DNA of 17,060 bases from Bdellovibrionales bacterium (lineage in GTDB: Bacteria > Bdellovibrionota > Bdellovibrionia > Bdellovibrionales > UBA840). Under the pieces are notes generated by a model. The model saw only the letters and a list, made by a program, of their open reading frames with translations. It did no database searches and was not told the origin of the DNA. The position numbers were made by a program, and so were the translations under genes. Within the stretch, counting starts at the first letter, position 1, and each line of letters opens with the position of its first letter. This document shows positions 15,065-17,060 of this stretch, one piece after another. The stretch spans positions 1 through 17,060 of the forward strand of contig JBBKWS010000005.1 of the NCBI GenBank assembly GCA_037969075.1, written 5' to 3'.

Positions 15065-17060
15065 ATGAGTATAATTTCATTAATATTTTTCTCAATAATC
15101 AGTTTTTCCGCACCAATGAAGGCTCCTTATGTCGAGGTAGATCTTGTTTCGCAATACGATTCTTTTAAACTGAATGAAGATAATTATTTTGCATTTACCT
15201 TTAACCTAGATCCAGAATGGCATGTATATTGGAAAAACCCTGGAGACTCGGGAAAAGAGCCAAAAGTTACATGGCTAAAAAAAGAAGGCGTAGAGATTTC
15301 AAATTTTCTCTGGCCACTACCCAAGTTAATGCCACTAGAAACTTTAATGAACTATGGTTATGATGGAAAAATGGCCCTCCCTTTTGTTGTTAGAAACATG
15401 GGAGTGCAAAACGACGATAAAGTACGCCTAGAGGCAAAGCTGGAGTGGCTAGTTTGTCGCTCTGAGTGTATTCCTGGTAAAGCTACCTTGTCCATCGAAC
15501 TACCAATCAACGACAATAGAACTCCGTCAAAAGATTATAATTTAATCCACAAAAGCTTATCTGCTATACCACTAAAAGATGATCAGATAAAAACATCTTT
15601 TAAATTAAAAAATGATGAATTTATCATATCCATTCATGCTCCTGATAAATCCGTTCCTGATTTTAAATCCGTTTACTTCTTTCCATTTAAAAGTTTACAG
15701 ATTGTTCATGCTGCAAAACAGGTTTTCGAAATTAATGGGAAGGATATTATCTTAAAAATCCCTGCTGATGAAAATATAGATTCTAACTTTACGTCTCTCG
15801 GTGGCGTATTGTCATTTACACCTAAAAATGAAAACTTAGATATGGTCGCCTATGATATAGAGATTCCAAAGTCTGGAGCTAATAACTCAACGGCGGGATT
15901 GCCCCTTCTTCTTTTGTTTGCTTTTATCGGCGGACTAATTTTAAATTTAATGCCGTGCGTGTTCCCTGTACTATCATTAAAGATTTTAGGGTTTGTACAT
16001 CAAGGCCAGGAAAACCCTAAGAGCATAAGAGTACATGGCTGGTTATATACACTTGGCGTACTATTTTCTTTTTGGGCACTTACAGTCACATTACTTGCAC
16101 TTAAAGCTTCAGGTGAGGCCGTCGGTTGGGGATTTCAATTACAATCCCCATATTTCGTATTAGGAATGATTTTTTTATTTTTCTTTATTGGCTTAAATCT
16201 TTTAGGTTTCTTTGAGTTCGGAGAACCGCTGACTCAAGTCGGTGGAAAGATTAAATCGACTGGTTACTTTAGCTCGTTTCAAACAGGAGTACTTGCAACT
16301 ATCGTTGCCACTCCTTGTACTGCTCCATTTATGGGAGCGGCCATTGGCGTAGCGTTTACTCTTCCACTTATTCAAACATTTATGATATTTACTTCCCTTG
16401 CACTTGGCTTGGCAGTGCCTTATTTAGCCCTTAGTTATTTTCCGGCGTGGCTAAAGCTTTTGCCGAAACCAGGTCTGTGGATGGTAAAGATGAAAGAGTT
16501 TTTTGCCTTCCCGATGTTTGCTACAATGCTTTGGCTACTTTGGGTTTTTGAGCAGCAAGCTGGTGCTACATCTCTATTTCTGACTTTGCTTTCATTTATA
16601 CTAATTTTATTTTTATTTTGGTTCACAAAATATTATAAAAAGAAAAAAGTGATTTTAGCAATTCTTGGCACAGTTAGTGTGGTGATCCCATTCTTCTTTA
16701 TCACCTCACAAACAGCAACTTCTCAGGCAGCCAGTGCCGGCTGGGAAGATTATAGTGAGCTAAAGCTGCAAGCATATTTAAAAGAAGGCAGACCAGTATT
16801 TATTGATTTTACTGCCTCTTGGTGCATTACATGCCAAGTAAATAAACGCTTAGTTTTACACACTGATGACATTCAAACATTTTTTGCTAAAAATAATATA
16901 GCTCTACTAAAAGCAGACTGGACAAATAGCGATCCATTGATAACTAAAAAATTAGCAGAATTTAATAGAAATAGCGTTCCCTTATACGTTTATTACGATG
17001 GGCAACACTTAGCGAAAAGCAATAAACCAGTTATTCTATCAGAAGTCTTGTCAAAACAGA
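15065..17060 (+). CDS. dsbD: Protein-disulfide reductase DsbD family (N-terminal DsbD domain, TM domain, thioredoxin); 3'-truncated by the window, at least 665 aa
   Basis: Manual translation from ATG 15065 (SD AAGAGGA): signal peptide, WHVYWKNPGDSG, WLVCRSECIPG (15455), GGLILNLMPCVFPVLSLK (15950), VATPCTAPFMG and FIDFTASWCITCQVNK (16823-16834), all in one frame. Absent from the ORF track because there is no stop in the window. Confidence 0.92.
   Translation, partial: MSIISLIFFSIISFSAPMKAPYVEVDLVSQYDSFKLNEDNYFAFTFNLDPEWHVYWKNPGDSGKEPKVTWLKKEGVEISNFLWPLPKLMPLETLMNYGYDGKMALPFVVRNMGVQNDDKVRLEAKLEWLVCRSECIPGKATLSIELPINDNRTPSKDYNLIHKSLSAIPLKDDQIKTSFKLKNDEFIISIHAPDKSVPDFKSVYFFPFKSLQIVHAAKQVFEINGKDIILKIPADENIDSNFTSLGGVLSFTPKNENLDMVAYDIEIPKSGANNSTAGLPLLLLFAFIGGLILNLMPCVFPVLSLKILGFVHQGQENPKSIRVHGWLYTLGVLFSFWALTVTLLALKASGEAVGWGFQLQSPYFVLGMIFLFFFIGLNLLGFFEFGEPLTQVGGKIKSTGYFSSFQTGVLATIVATPCTAPFMGAAIGVAFTLPLIQTFMIFTSLALGLAVPYLALSYFPAWLKLLPKPGLWMVKMKEFFAFPMFATMLWLLWVFEQQAGATSLFLTLLSFILILFLFWFTKYYKKKKVILAILGTVSVVIPFFFITSQTATSQAASAGWEDYSELKLQAYLKEGRPVFIDFTASWCITCQVNKRLVLHTDDIQTFFAKNNIALLKADWTNSDPLITKKLAEFNRNSVPLYVYYDGQHLAKSNKPVILSEVLSKQ

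Noticed and set aside
3315..16626. Remaining short ORF-track entries overlapping tmk, holB, tatD, M6, gap, pgk, the FecR-like gene and dsbD (e.g. 3315-3599, 4277-4591, 7900-8091, 8786-9091, 10818-11228, 16435-16626)
   Set aside because: Antisense or alternate-frame shadows of well-supported genes, with no independent evidence.
1..17060. CRISPR array, rRNA, prophage or defence genes
   Set aside because: No regularly spaced repeats, rRNA-like sequence or recognisable phage or defence proteins were seen. Intergenic gaps are all 220 bp or shorter.

Overview
AT-rich bacterial chromosomal segment. Gene content suggests Bdellovibrionota, a predatory delta-type lineage (inference). Left to right: on the minus strand, ilvA (threonine ammonia-lyase with ACT domain) coupled to a 76-aa Zn-ribbon protein, a solitary HUH/Y1 (IS200/RAYT-like) transposase-family gene, and a receiver-GAF protein with Asn in place of the phospho-acceptor Asp. 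Next come tmk-holB-tatD, a divergent secreted-protease pair (M28 leucyl aminopeptidase and M6/InhA-like lipoprotein), gap-pgk-tpiA-secG, a FecR-like + AgmX/PglI(TonB-C-like) membrane protein, a YdcZ-type DMT transporter, and a DsbD-family gene that runs off the window and is missing from the ORF track. The most unusual element is the HUH gene cassette (about 1620-2390). It has no tnpB. It has a sigma54-type promoter predicting a near-leaderless mRNA, imperfect inverted repeats on both sides of the ORF, and a GGGC-AAT-GCC(C/T) hairpin found both upstream and inside its own coding sequence. This may be a domesticated RAYT/REP-like system. No CRISPR array, rRNA or tRNA gene was seen.
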